Shown: positions 1 through 14,070 of the stretch, piece after piece
How the letters are laid out: every line of letters begins with the position of its first letter
How positions within the stretch are numbered: the stretch's first letter is position 1
Assembly: GCF_009914755.1 (NCBI RefSeq)
Contig: NC_060944.1
DNA from: the human T2T-CHM13v2.0 reference genome, Homo sapiens
Reading direction: 5' to 3' (one strand)
DNA: 64,000 nucleotides
Position numbers and translations under genes: made by a program
The notes under the pieces: model-generated
What the model saw: only the letters and a program-made list of their open reading frames with translations
Databases searched by the model: none
What the model was told of the DNA's origin: nothing

Positions 1-830
1 ATGATGTTTTGAGGTTTCTAACTTTCATCTCTGACTGTTTCACATTTTCTATGTTTGGGTTTTGCCTTTCTGCCACCATGTATCTAGGCTAAATTTCTTT
101 TTATTGATCATGTTTGGGATTTAATGGGCTACTTGAACTTTTTTTTCACTGTGCTTCAATCTGTGTAATTTCTTTATTTCTCCCATTTATCTAATTTTCT
201 TTTTTGCTAATTTTAAGCGGTTATTTAATATAACCATTGAGTTTCAAGTCCCCATTATTTAATTTTTTTCTTTCTCCCAGTACTATTTGGTTATTTAAAA
301 AATTCCTGGTCAATATTGGTAGGTTTTTTTGTCTCTTTCTCATTGCTTCATAAAACTCTTTTTTATCTTTAAATATATTAAACATATTTGTTCTATATTT
401 GTATCTGTTAATTCTAATATCACCAGCCTTTGTGAGTCTGACTCTGGGATTTTGTTGTTGTTGTTGTTGTTGTTGTCTCTTGCTCATGGTAACTTGTTTT
501 CTTTTGGGCTTAGTGATTGTGTTTTGGCAGGTGTGGGGCAGGGGTGTCGGGAGGGATGAGAGACAGAAAGAGAGAAAGAATACTGATGTTTCCTGAACTT
601 TTATCTGTGTGAATTATTTGAGGCCTATTTCCAAAGGGAATTCATTTAGAGAAAATTTCTTTTACTCCTGCAAGGTACCTATCCACAAGCTCGGGATACC
701 TTTCAACTAATATTTTTGCCTCATACTTTTCACAGCAAATGAGGGTATAAATTTAGACCCATACTCATGGAAATACGGGCTTGTGGTTAGGAATTTTCAG
801 GGTAGGACTATTTTTTCCAAGTCTGCCCAG
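1..830 (-). mobile_element. Highly diverged L1M fragment, with (TTG)8 at 452-475
   Basis: T-rich sequence resembling antisense old L1 5'/ORF1 regions. The microsatellite is directly visible. Confidence 0.4.
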
Positions 831-2170
831 AGTCAATGTTAACTTAAACTAGACATATGCGTATTTTCTTTTCTGTAGTAGAACAGAGGGAAGAGGTCAT
901 GGGTCATTCTTTTAGGGTTTCAGGGTCCTGGCTTTTGCAGGAGTCTCCAGCATAACTTTCCATCCTGCTAGGGCCCCACACTCTCCCTCCTGCCACCACG
1001 TGCATGGCAACAACCAGGATGGGCAGAGGCACCAGAGCACATCCAACTTCTGTTCCTACTCACTCCACTTGGATTTTCATGTTCTCATCGTGTCTGGTCT
1101 CCGCATTTTTCACTACTTACAATCTGCTGATTACTCTCCCAGCTAACTTCTCAGCCTAAGTGGGATGGCCTTCTCGTCAGGAACACAGTCTCTATATTCT
1201 GACTTTTAAAACATATTGATATGTGTTCTACAAGCAGCGTAGAATAATTGAACTCAATGGGTTGTCTTGCTTTCCAAACTCAGTTGGGCATTTTAAAAGA
1301 TGTTTCGAATACCTTCCCCCAGTATTTTTAGGTATGTTATACCAAAATCATACATCTAAATTGGCAAAGCGTATATATGAATTGGAAAAACATACATGCG
1401 AATTTCTACATATGAACTGGAAAACTAGAAGAAAACAGTTTTTTGGGGGACAGGATTGTACGGGAGAAGTAGGACAAGGAAAAAGAAGATAAAAAAGAGA
1501 ATAAAAGGGGATAAGAAGAAAGAAAAAACAAAGTAAGGAGGAGGAAAAAAGTATAAAGAGAAAAATGGAAGGATGAAGTAAAGCAGGAAAGAACACATGT
1601 GCGAGATAGAAACTGAGTACTTCTTGAGTTCTCCATAGAATGCCTGTGTCTTGTTCCTGGAACTGTTGTATTCCTGTCCTTGGGATTTGGGAAATACCCT
1701 GGGTCTTATTTATTTATTTACCCATTTCAATGTAGTTCCTGTATTGCAACCAAAAGTGCCCTCTGTATACTCCATCAAGTCATGTCTAAAACTATGGGCT
1801 GGCTTTTCTCTCCAGGTATGTGGCCTCTCTGCTTTGCCTCCTTAGACACATACAACTGTGCTCAACAGGAAGTACAGGAAGGCACTGGCCAAGCCCTGAC
1901 CACAAGGTACAATATCAAACTGGTCAATAGCTCAATTTAAAGCAACACTATTCAGTGGAGATTGCTTAAAGAATGTCTCATCTTTCAGTTGTCTTAAGTT
2001 TTTACCCCCAGATCAGGCTATAACTAAGGAAAATTAAGAATCCAGATGGCATCATTCTGGTTTTTCTGCTGATTATTTTACTACATATCATTTTTATTTG
2101 AGGCTACAAACATATATTGATATTTGTTATAAGAAATATGGTCTGTGTGGTTTATGGGTACCTTGCTTGT

Positions 2171-2548
2171 TGTTATGTTTCAATTATACCCCTCCAAATC
2201 CATATGCTGTGGTCCTATCCCCAGTACCTCAGAATGTGACTGGATTTGGAAAAAGAGTCTTTAAAAGGTAATTAAGTTAAAATGAGTCAATAGGGTGAAT
2301 TCTTATCCAGTAGGACTGGAACCCTTATAAGAAGAGGAAATTAGGACACAGACATTCACCTAGGGAAAACCAGGTGAAGACACAGGGAGCTGATTTCCAT
2401 CCACAAGCCAAGGAGAGATACTTAAGAAGAAACCAACCCTGGTGACACCTTGATTTCAGAGTTCCAGCCTTCAGAATTGTGGAAAAATAAATGTCTGTTG
2501 TTTAAGCCACTCAGTATTTTGTTGTTGCAGCCCTAGCAAACTAGTACA
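2171..2548 (+). mobile_element. MLT1B solo LTR (ERVL-MaLR)
   Basis: TGTTATG...CCCCAGTACCTCAGAATGTGAC...CCTTATAAGAAGAGGAAA...AATAAATGTCTGTTGTTTAAGCCAC...CTAGTACA. Confidence 0.85.
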
Positions 2549-2647
2549 GCACGAATCAGTCCACAGCTTCAGGGTCTGAGTTTTCACTGGTTCTTGTCAA
2601 ACATGGTATTCATGTTCCTGTGAAAGCAGTGGCCAGGAGATTTGTGA

Positions 2648-3136
2648 GTGCAGTAGATTGTCTGGTCTCAATCTCCAGCTGTACTTACATCCTTGTCATG
2701 GCTTCCTTATGGGCAGAGTGTCCTTTCCTGCCCCTTGATTTTGGCCATGGCCATGCCACTTGCTTTCACCAGTGTCCTGTGGGCATAATTAACATGGTGC
2801 CAATTTCAAGCATAGGCCTTAAGAGGCTTTCTGTGTTTCCATGTTTCCTCTTGCACCCCTTTCATTTCTATGAGAAGAACACGACTCACATACCTTCAGA
2901 TCCAAGGAGAGTGAGAAACGTGTGAGCAGAGGGTCCCTAGCTTAAAGTAGAGCCACCCAGTCCACCCCAGCCCAAATCGGCCACCCCCACCCAACCTGCA
3001 GACCTGTGAGTGAGCCCAGGTGACATCAGCAGAGCCTCTAGACAATCTGTGGACACATGAAGAATACATATGGTTAAATGGCACCAGGATTCTGTAATTA
3101 TTACCCAGAATTATGTGTCAGTAGTTAACTGGTACA
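2648..3136 (+). mobile_element. MLT1H-family LTR
   Basis: CCCCTTGATTTTGGCC...GGCCTTAAGAGGC...ATGAGAAGAAC...TAACTGGTACA resembles MLT1H/H2. Confidence 0.65.
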
Positions 3137-3504
3137 ATGAAAATGTGGCCTTAGATTGTTTAATCAAGATGGAAGCTATAATTTTTTCAGTATTGTGAAA
3201 GCATTGTTCTTTCCTCCTGAAGGAGCAATTAGCCTGGAAGTTTTGGGCAGCCATATTGTACCTGTGTTGTAGACACTAAGGAGGAACAGGGAAATGGGAG
3301 CAATCTGTGTTCCTACAAATGTGGAGTCAGGGGATCAAACAAACACTAAGGCTGGAACTACCTCTGAAATGCCCAGTTATATCAGAAAAGAAATGCCTTA
3401 TCATTAAGCCCATGGGATTTAGATTTTCTATTAATTCAAAAATACAGACAGAAGACTTCTGGTTTTAGGTCCAACATGTGAAGAGATTAGAAGTGATCAC
3501 TCTT

Positions 3505-3873
<369 letters not shown>

Positions 3874-4777
3874 TCAAACAAATTTTCTTGGATCCATCAA
3901 TAATTCAAGATCAGAGGCAAACTGCCACCCCAAAATCTGGAGAGATGGGTAGGTACAGAGAATCTGCTCACCTGGAGCAGAAGCTGCTGGAGCCACAAAT
4001 GGGTAGGAACACTTAGACAGCACTTGTGATGAACATCTGGAGGCTGAGTATGGACTAGTTCCAGAGTAAGAAACTCTTGTGGTCTGCAGCCTTAGGGAGA
4101 CCCCACACTTTCATGGATTTACATCTAAGAGCCCAATCAGGTTCTATACAGAAGAATGAAGGAAGATCTCCTGATGGCTTTAGCAGGAGGAAGGGAAAGG
4201 TATCCATTGTGAATTCGGAGAGTTGTCCATAGCATATGCTTATGTTCCAAAAGAAAGGATTTTTCCAGAACCTAATGGGAGGGGAAAAGCTAAGAAGCAC
4301 TTTTGAAGATCATAGTCCAAGGACACAGACCTGTTAAAAGATTATACAGTTATAGAATACTTTCTTTTCCTCATACCTTATCACTACATCAATAGGGTTT
4401 TAGTAATAACACTGGATTACAGCTGAAAGAGCTGCAAGGCATAGACTTTATTTAAGAAGCTCAAAGGCAATGGGGAAGCCCAAAGGCAACAGGAAAAACA
4501 AAAACTAAAATATCAGACAAATTTGAAGCCTCTGACACCTGCAGGTACAGTAAACATTAGACACAACCCAACTCCTGGATAGATTAACCTAAGACCTCAC
4601 ACTGAGGCTTTTACCTCAGTTCTTATTATCTAATATATCGTGTCTGGCTTTCAATAACAAATTACAAGCCATGCTAAAAAGGAAGAAAAAACACAGCCTG
4701 AAGAGAAGAAAGAAGCAATGCAATCAAGCTCAGATATGACATAGATTTTGAAATGATTAAACAGGGAAGTTAAAGTA

Positions 4778-6266
4778 CAGGTATACATCAGAGATGTTGT
4801 GGGTTTAGTTCTAGACCACTGAAACAAAGCAAATATTGCAGTAAAGAGAGTCACACAATTTTTTCTGTCTCCCAGTGCATACAAAAGTTTTGTTTACTCT
4901 ATACTATAACCTAATAAGTGTGCAATAGCATTATTTCTAAAAAATAATGTACATAGATTAATTTTAAAATATTTCATTGCTAAAAAATGCTAACAATATC
5001 CTAAACTTTCAGTGAGTCATAATCATCTTTCTGTGGAGGCCCTTGCACCAATGTTGATGACTATTGACTGATAAAGATGGTGGTTGCTGAAGGTTGGAGT
5101 GGTTATGGCAATTTCTTAAAATAAGACAACAAATGAAGTTTGCTACATCAAGTGGCTCCTCCTTTTGTGAAAGATTTCTCTGTAGGATGCAATGTTGTTT
5201 GAAAGCATTTTGAAAGAATGCTACTTCTTTCAAAATTGGAGTCAATCCTCTCAAACCCTGCTGCTGCTTTATCAACTAAGTTTATGTAATATCTGACATG
5301 TTTGTAATCATTTCAAAAATATTCACAGCATCTTCACCAGAAGTGGATTATATCTTAATAAACCACTTTCTTTGCTCATCCCAAAGAAGCAATTCCTCAT
5401 TCATTAAAGTTTTATTGTGAGATTAGAGAAATTCAGACACATCAGGCTCCAATTCGATTTATCTTGCTATTTCTACCACATCTGCAGTTCCTCTATCGAA
5501 ATCTTGAACCCCTCAAAGTCCTCCATGTGGGTTGTAGTCAACTTCTTTCAGACTTGTGTTAATGTTGATATTCGGACCTCCTCCCATGAATTATGAATAT
5601 TCCTAATGGTATCTATAATGTTGACTTATTTCCAGAAGATTTCCAATTTGCTTTGCCCAGATTCATCAGAGGAATCACTCTCTAAGTCAGCTATAGCCAT
5701 ATGAAATGTAGCTCTTAAATAATAAGACTTAAAAGTTGAAATTACTCCTTGGTCTATGGGCTGCAGATTGGATGCTGTGTTAGCAGGCATGAATACAACA
5801 TTAATCTTGTACATCTCCATCACAGTTCCTGGTGGCCAGGTGCATTGTCAATGAACAGTAATATTAAAAATTTTTTTTTTTCTAAGCAGTAGTTCTCAAC
5901 AGTGGGCTTAAAACCATGCTATGAACTGACATATTGTCATCCAGGCTTTGTTGTTCCATTTACAGAGCACAGACAGAGTAGATTTAGCATAATTCTTAAG
6001 GGCCTAGAATTTTCAGAATGATAAGTGAGAACTGGCTTCAAGTTAAAGTCAGCAGCTGCATTATCCCTTAACAAGACAGTCAGCCTGTCCTTTGAAGTGC
6101 TGAAGCCAGGCATTGACTTCTTTCTAGATTTGAGAGTCCTAGATGGCATCTTCTTCTAATAGCAGGCTGTCTCATCTACATTAACTATCTGTTGTTTAGT
6201 GTAGCCACCTCCAAAGGTATCCTCAAAGCACAATAAATTGAAGCACAATAAAATGAGGTATACCTG
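4778..6266 (-). mobile_element. Tigger1 DNA transposon, internally deleted, both TIRs present
   Basis: TIRs CAGGTATACATC... and ...GAGGTATACCTG, flanked by TA at 4776-4777 and 6267-6268. Pogo-type transposase remnants KDRLTVLL...FNLKP and VVFMPANT...[17 protein letters not shown] in the minus-strand ORFs 5626-6149. Confidence 0.92.
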
Positions 6267-6278
6267 TAAGCATGATTA

Positions 6279-6456
6279 GCTAGATTTAGCCATTCCATAA
6301 TGTCTACGTATTTTGAAACAACATATTGTATATGAGACATATATAAAATTGTTATTTATCAAATTAAAAAATTTTTTAAAAATAAAAGATCACATTGTAC
6401 ACCATAAGTACACATAGTTTTTTCAATTATACCTCAATAAAGCTGGGCAAAAAGAA
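6279..6456 (+). mobile_element. Two tandem L1MA-type 3' termini, each with an A-rich tail
   Basis: GATTTAGCCATTCCATAATG...ATTAAAAA, then CACATTGTACACC...TATACCTCAATAAAGCTGG-A-rich. Confidence 0.7.
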
Positions 6457-6926
6457 AAAAATAGCCATGATTAATATATCAAGGGCTATAATGGAAAAAG
6501 TAGACAACATACAAGAACACATAGGTAATATCAGCAGAGAGCTGAAAACTCTAAGAAATAAACAAAAAGAAATTCTACAAATCAAAAGCACTGTTACAGA
6601 AATGAAGTTTACAATAAAGCCTTAGATGGGCTCATCAGTTGAGCAAAGAGAGATTGGGGCTATGCCAATAGAAAGTTCCCAAGCAGAGGTAGTACAAACA
6701 CACACAAAACAAGAATTAAAAAAGCAGAACAAAATATCCTAAAACAGTGGGGAAATTTCAAAAGGTATAACATACACATAATTGGAATATCAGAAGGAGA
6801 AAAAAATGTAGCAGAAAAAATATTTGAAGTAAAAATGTCAGAAAATTTTCCCCAAATTAATGACAGACACAAAACCACAGATCCAGAAAATTTAAAGTAC
6901 ATCAAGATAAATAAAAAAATAAATAA

Positions 6927-7334
<408 letters not shown>

Positions 7335-8060
7335 TAGAGAAACAAGGATAAGAATTTCAGAGGACTTCTCATCAGAAACCATGAAAGCAAGCAGAGAGTG
7401 AACTAAAATATGTAAAGCACTGAAAACGAAAAATATGGAATTTCATATTCAGTGAAAGTATCCTAACAAAAGGAGAAATAAAGGATTTTCTCAGTAAAAT
7501 AGAAACTGAGGAAATCCATTGCTAGCACACCTGCCCTGCAAGAAATGATAAAAAAGTTCTTCACAGAAAAAAACAATTATATAGGTCAGAAGCTTGGATC
7601 TACATAAAGGAAGATCACTGGAAAAGAAATAAATGAAGGTAAAACAAATTGTTATTTTTATTGATCTAAAAGATAACTTTGTTTAAAATTACAGTAGTAT
7701 TTTATGTGGAATAACAATGTACTGGGTGATTATAGCATATGGATAAATGCAGTGAATGACAGCAATGTCATAAGGGATGGGAAGGAAGAATTGAGAATAC
7801 TCTGTTGTTATAAGGTAGCTACATTACATGTGATGTGGTATCGTGTTATTTGAAAGTGGACTCAGATAAGTTGTAAATGTATATTACAATTCTAGGCCAA
7901 CCACTAAGAAATTTTTAAAAGGAAGTGTAGGTTGTATGCTAAGAGAGGAGAAAAAAATAAAATTACATAAAATGCTCAATTAAAACTAGAAAAGGCAGAA
8001 AAAAAAGAGAAGGGAAAAAGAACAAGTGAAATTAATAGAAAACAGTTAGAAATATGGTAG

Positions 8061-8547
8061 TGAAGTAGGAGGTGGAACTCAACCTAGCAGGTGGGGCTTG
8101 GACACTGGGCCAAATTGAGGACTAGCTGAAACAGGGATGGGGCAGAAGCAGCTTTCCATAAGACACACCCACCATGTGCCATGTCAGCTTACCATTGCCA
8201 TGGCAACACCCAGAAGTGACTGCCCCTTTCCATGGCAACAACCTGACAACCCAGAAGTTACAACTGTTTTTCTAGAAATGTCTGCATAATTGACCTTTTA
8301 ATTTGCATGTAATTATGAGTGGGTACAAATATGACTACAGAACTGCTTCTGAGTGGCTTCTCTGGGCACACTGCCTCTGGGGTAGCCCTGCTCTGCAAGG
8401 AGCAGTTCTTCTGTCACTGCTGTACACAGCCGCTTCAATAAAAGTTGCTGTCTAACACCACTGGCTCACTCTTGAATTCTTTCCAGTGGTAAGCCAAGAA
8501 CCCTCCTAGGCTGGACTCCAACTTTGGGGCTTTCCTGCCCCAAATCA
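8061..8547 (+). mobile_element. ERV1 solo LTR, MER66-like
   Basis: TGA...TCA termini, perfect 4-bp TSD GTAG (8057-8060 and 8548-8551), AATAAA near 8437. The 5' sequence TGAAGTAGGAGGTGGAACTC...AAATTGAGGACTAGCT resembles MER66. Confidence 0.8.
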
Positions 8548-10090
8548 GTAGATATCAATCTAATTATATCAATAGTTAACTCATGCAAATGGTCTAAATC
8601 CACCAATTAAAAGACAAGAATTGTCAGAGTGGATTAAAAAACAAAATCCAAATAACAATGTCTATCAGAAACCATCTTTCAATATAAAGATCCAGGTAGG
8701 TTAAAAGTGAAGAGATAGAGAAAGTGTACCACGCTAACACTAATCAAGAAAACTGGAGTGCCTAAATTAATTTCAGACAAAGCTGACTTCAGGACAAAAA
8801 AATTATCAGAGACCAAAAGGGTATTACAAAATGATTAAGGGGTGAATTCTCTAAGAAGGGATAACAATCCTAAGTGCATATGCAACTAATAACAGCGTAT
8901 CCAAATACATGAAGCAAAAACTAATAAAACCACAAGGAGAAACAGAAAAAAATCACTATTACTATTGGTGAATTCAACACCCACTTTAGTTTATGATTGA
9001 TGAAGCAGGCAGAAAATCCGTAAAAATATAGTTGATTTGAACAGCACTATCAGTCAACTTGACATTTATAGACTACTCCATCCAACAACAGCAGAATAAA
9101 CATCCTTCTCAAGCTCACATGATACTTTCACTAAGATTGACCACATTCTGGATTATAAAATACACCTTAATGAATTTAAAAGAATATAAATTACGTGAAG
9201 CATGTTCTCAAACCACAAAGGCATTAAACTAGAAATCAATAACAGAAAGAGAGCTAGAAAATTCTGAAATATTCGGGTATTAAAAACACACTTTAAAATA
9301 AACATGGGTCAAAGAAGAAGTCTCAAGAGAAATGTACAAATATTTTGAACTAAATGAAAAAGAAAACATAACTTATGAAATACATACTCTTCACCAACAC
9401 ACCCATCAAGTCAGACTGCCAGAGAATTGCTTGTGCTATTCTGGGAATAAGGGCACTTCTTCAGTGAAGCTATTACCTAAGGATCTGCTTCAATTGCTCA
9501 AATGACTAGCTCCACTCCGAGGCATCTGGGGCATTCAGATGGGCTTCATTAGGTCTGAGGGGCAGGCACACTGTGATTGAAAGCTTCAGAGAATAAGCTC
9601 TTGGAGAGTGAAAGAACTCATCCATTTGGTTCGTTCTGTACAGAACGTTCAAATGCTGTCTGGTTTTGATTATAGACACCTCAACAAAGCTGCAAAAGTT
9701 TTCAGATCATAAATTAAAGTTATTCAAAAAATAACATTTGCATTCCCAAACAAGATCTGAGTCTCTGGTCTGTTAGTGATCACTTAGGCATTTTGAATTT
9801 AATCGTGTTTAATAGGAAGTGCTGGCACCAAATTTAGGGATGCATCAAAGTTTAGCTTTGGCCTCAATATTGTACTCTGATCTGCTATGTGCCTTTGCCT
9901 GACCTCAGTCTTTAGCAGTCCAAAGAGCCTAATTTGCCTATTTCACCACTTCATTTTGCAACAGCCCTCTATTGTATTTCATGAATGATCAAATGATTGC
10001 ATAGGTAACATATCCAATCAGAGACAATGCCGATAACAAGAATAAAACATGAACTTTATATTTCAATATGTGAATATTTATCTCCAAATA

Positions 10091-10421
10091 TAATCATCCC
10101 TCCTTGTCCATGGAGGGTTGGTTCCAGGCCACCTCCCTATCCCCATGGAGACCTCCTCCCTATCCCCATGGAGTCCCTTATATAAAATGGCATAGTGTTT
10201 GCATGTAACTCATGCACATCCCCCTGTAAATTTCAAATTATCTCTATTACTTATAATACCTAATACAATGCCACACATCACTTCATTAGCATGGATTCAA
10301 TGTAGTACTCAGTGCACAGCAAGTTCAAGTTTGGCTTTGTGAAATTTTTCTTCTGAATATTTTTGATCCACAGTTGGGTGAATCCATGATGCAGAACCAG
10401 TAGATACAAAACGCCAACTCT
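10091..10421. mobile_element. MER2B-like non-autonomous Tigger element
   Basis: GTCCCTTATATAAAATGGCATAGT...TACTTATAATACCTAATACAATG...TTTTTGATCCACAGTTGG. Confidence 0.75.
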
Positions 10422-10716
10422 ACAGGCAAGCATTCTAGAGATAACGTGAAGTAACAAGTCTGCAAATGTTGACATTATATTAAAGTATGGATATATATTT
10501 ATTATTGCAAGAGTAAAGTGTTGTGCTAATTAATGATTGTGAGTCATTAAATTTATGTATAAAAGTAGTATTTTCAAATATTTTAACAGGGAAAGAGATC
10601 GATAACTGTTATAATATAAATTTTAAAACTGAGAGCATTACCTAAATAACTTCAATAAGACCAACTATTTCATCCTTTCTGAACAAACAAATGTTTATCA
10701 AAATTTGAATAATAAT

Positions 10717-11001
10717 TGTATTAGTCTGCTTAAGCTGCATAACAGAATACCACTGACTGGATGGCTTAAACAATGGAAATTTATTTTCTCACAATTCTGG
10801 AGGCTGGAAGTCCAAGATCAAGGATCTAGCATGGTTGGCTTCTGGTGAAGCCTCTTACTGACTTGCAGGCAGCCTATTGGATTAGGGTCCTACCTCATGA
10901 CCACATTTAACCCCAATTACATTCTATCTCCAAATACAGTCATATTGGGAGTTTGGGCTTCAACATATTAATTTGGGTGGGATACAATTCAAACCATAAC
11001 A
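10717..11001 (-). mobile_element. MLT1A/B LTR, internally deleted
   Basis: TGTATTAGTCTG...TTCTGGAGGCTGGAAGTCCAAGATCAAGG...CCATAACA, with TSD ATAAT/ATAAC. Confidence 0.8.
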
Positions 11002-13583
11002 ATAACATAAGGTAAAACAGTAATAATAATACCACTATTTGGTATACCAGCATCTATAGCATTAAATAACATTTAAGAGCTGTATTAATTTTTAGTTATT
11101 TAATGCCATTTAATCTATAAATCTTTTAAGAAAACATCTTATGTAGGACTTTTTCATATCTTATGAAGCAGGACAAATTAAAATCAGGACCTCGACTTTG
11201 CTAGCCCAAGATTCCATTGAGAAGAAAAAAAAATTCTAAAATTCTGTGATAAAACATCTTCAGTCCAAATACGATAAAAAAGAATGATGAAAAAAAAATT
11301 TGAAAACTATGTAAAAATAAACATTTTGTTCTCACTAGTATAAATTCAAAATGAAAGAATTCAAAGTGTTTTAATAAGAAAATTCTTTATAGTGTTAACA
11401 GGCACTTGGTTTTTAAATAAAAATATGTCAAAATAAGAGCTCTAGATTGCAATAATCTCAGTAGTTTTAAATAAAGTTAAGAATCCTATGTGAAAAGTTT
11501 CTTCTAAAAATGTGACAAGGGTATTTTACTGAATTCTACAATGCTATACTCAAAAAGGGTAATAATCTTACTTAATGTGCTGTTTTTGTATCCTGAATTA
11601 GGCCTTTGGACATGGAAAAGAAGAGGTCTTTTTTACCTTTGATAGCATGGTGGATGGCTTACTAATAATTTTCTGGGTTTCTCCTAGCTAATAAGACATG
11701 AATCTGCTAAAGAAACATTCTTGGCGTGGAAATGCAGTAAAGGAAAGACCCATGCAATTGACAATGATATATAGATTGTGAAGGCCAGGAATGAATGAGG
11801 AGCTCACAAGCATGCCATGTTTTGTGCATATCTTCCAGTCATGTGTTCAAAATAAAGCAGAAGGTGGCGAAAGAAAATTACTGGCCTGAAGTAGATAAAT
11901 TGTGAGCTATGTTCTTCATTCTTCTTCAGCCACAGGCAGACTATGAAAGATACAGGAGGTTCTGGAGCTGTCTTGTCAGGTGTTTGCACCAGACATGCAC
12001 ACCAGATACAGAGCAGCTGTTACATGTTTAAATGGGCTTAAAAACAAATGGACAAAAATACATAAATAAAAATATTTAACACTGCATTGTGCAGTATGCA
12101 AAACTTACAGAAGGAATCACTAACAAGAATATTTACTCTCAGAGAAAATAGTTCATTTGCTGGAAACTACTGAAAAGTTACCAAAATGCAGCATCTCGAA
12201 ACTACAATTTTTTTTAAAAAAAAACTATGTTATCTGTCATAGAAGTCTTCATATTAATTTAGTTCAAACAACATACTGAAATGGAAGATGCTGATGGAAA
12301 GTCAAGAAATAATTTTTTTATCCTAAAAGTTAATTATATCACTGTTACTATGTTTCTACATTTGAACTAAGGGACAACATTTTCTCAAGTAATTGTGTGT
12401 TACAGCAAGTCCACATAAAAATAATCCTGCTACCTGTTTATGTATCTTTATTTATATCCAGATATAGGTATCACCTTAACTCTGTCCCTGAAAATATTCA
12501 AAAAGTATCTTCTTAAAGCAGAAAAAGTATCATGTTTTAGTAAAATTTGTATCACCATTGAAATCTTTAAGTTCAGGAGTTAAAAGGAAAAATAAAACTT
12601 AATTATTTGATGTCAGTGTCACCTATGCTGGTAGATCCAGCCAAAGATGTTTTACCCATCAATTAACAGTGAACATCAATTTAATATCATTAAGGCATAG
12701 TATGGCAAGCACAATGTACTCTGGTTGGTGATATTCTGGCACTATGTTATCAAAATTGTAAAATGTGACTACTCAAAATTCTAATTAATAAAATTATAAT
12801 GACAGTAGAATTTCTTTTCGATAACATTTTAGATTTATTTTGGTATTCCAGAAGTTCATTCAAAATGATGTGATATTTGCTTTCTGTCTTGGTTTCACCC
12901 AAATACTGGTTTAGCATCCAGCCATATTGCATTTGTCCAGATGTGTTATTTGATGCCCCTCCATTTCACACACACATTGAGAGTGTAAAACGTTAAGTGA
13001 GGAGGTATAAGGGGCCACAGTTTTCTGTGTGTTTAGTATTAACATCCTTGGAGGCAGGAGTTTAACCAAGAGAGCAAAAATCATCACAACATGAAAATAC
13101 CCATGAATAAACTGTTTAAAAATTGTGTTTTCCCCTAAGCATCTCACCCCACTGAAAATTAGTCATCTATCTTTGCCCATCTGACCAACTTCTAAGTCTG
13201 TTTGGATTTTGGCCAATTGACTCATTTTTGTAAACCCCCAACAATTTGAGACAGATACAGCACAATTTAATTGCTAAGTGAAACTGCAAACCTAGCCAAA
13301 GATGTATGCTTTTAAGAAGTCAATGAAAGTGGTGCTGGAGAACGTCTGGGGGCACCTACAAGACAATTGACAAATGAAAATCTGGCAGAGTGCGTCATGG
13401 TTAATGGCTGAGGAATGGAAAACTGACCAGGCAGATGACAGAAGCCATGCCTCAGAAAAGGATGATTTTAATATCAAGGGATGAAATGGGGCTTTTAGAA
13501 AACTGAAGAAGTTATATGTTTATTAGAAACCTCTTTTTGTCTTATTAGGATAATGAAACATGATATAAATACAGTTGAAAATA

Positions 13584-13918
13584 TAGCTTAAGCATCCCTA
13601 ATCCAAAAATTCCAAATCCAAAATGCTCCAAAATTCAAAACTTTTTGAGCACTGACCATGATGCCACAAGTGGAAAATTCCACAATTAATGTTGTGTACA
13701 GAAACTTTGTTTCATGCACAAAGTTACTAACAATATTGTATAAAATTACTTTCCGGCTATGTGTATAAGACGTATGTGAAACATGAGCGAGTTTCATATT
13801 TAGGTTTCAGTCTTATCCCCAAGATATCTAATTATGCAAGTATTCAGAAAATCTAGAAATATCAAAAATCCAGAACACTTCCAGTCCCAATCATTTCAGA
13901 TAAGGAATACTCAACCTG
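13584..13918. mobile_element. Tigger4b (MER46-type) DNA element
   Basis: AGCATCCCTAATCCAAAAA...CCACAAGTGGAAAATTCCAC...GATAAGGAATACTCAACCTG followed by TA. Confidence 0.85.
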
Positions 13919-13921
13919 TAA

Positions 13922-14070
13922 GAGCTAATATTTATTGAATACTTATTATGTGGAAGACACTGTTTAAGGTGCTTTTCATACATCAGTCTTTTTTTCCTCA
14001 CAGCAATCCTATGAAATAAGCTAAGCAACTCTCCCAAGGTCACACAATTAGCAAATGGCCTCCTAACTGG
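13922..14070 (-). mobile_element. MIR fragment
   Basis: GCTAATATTTATTGAATACTTA...CCCAAGGTCACACA. Confidence 0.7.

Noticed and set aside
221-596. Poly-Q / poly-L / poly-C ORFs
   Set aside because: These are translations of the (TTG)8 microsatellite in degraded repeat sequence.
5626-6149. TIGD1-like domesticated transposase
   Set aside because: Fragmented by stops and frameshifts, and the N-terminal part is deleted. It is an ordinary dead Tigger1.
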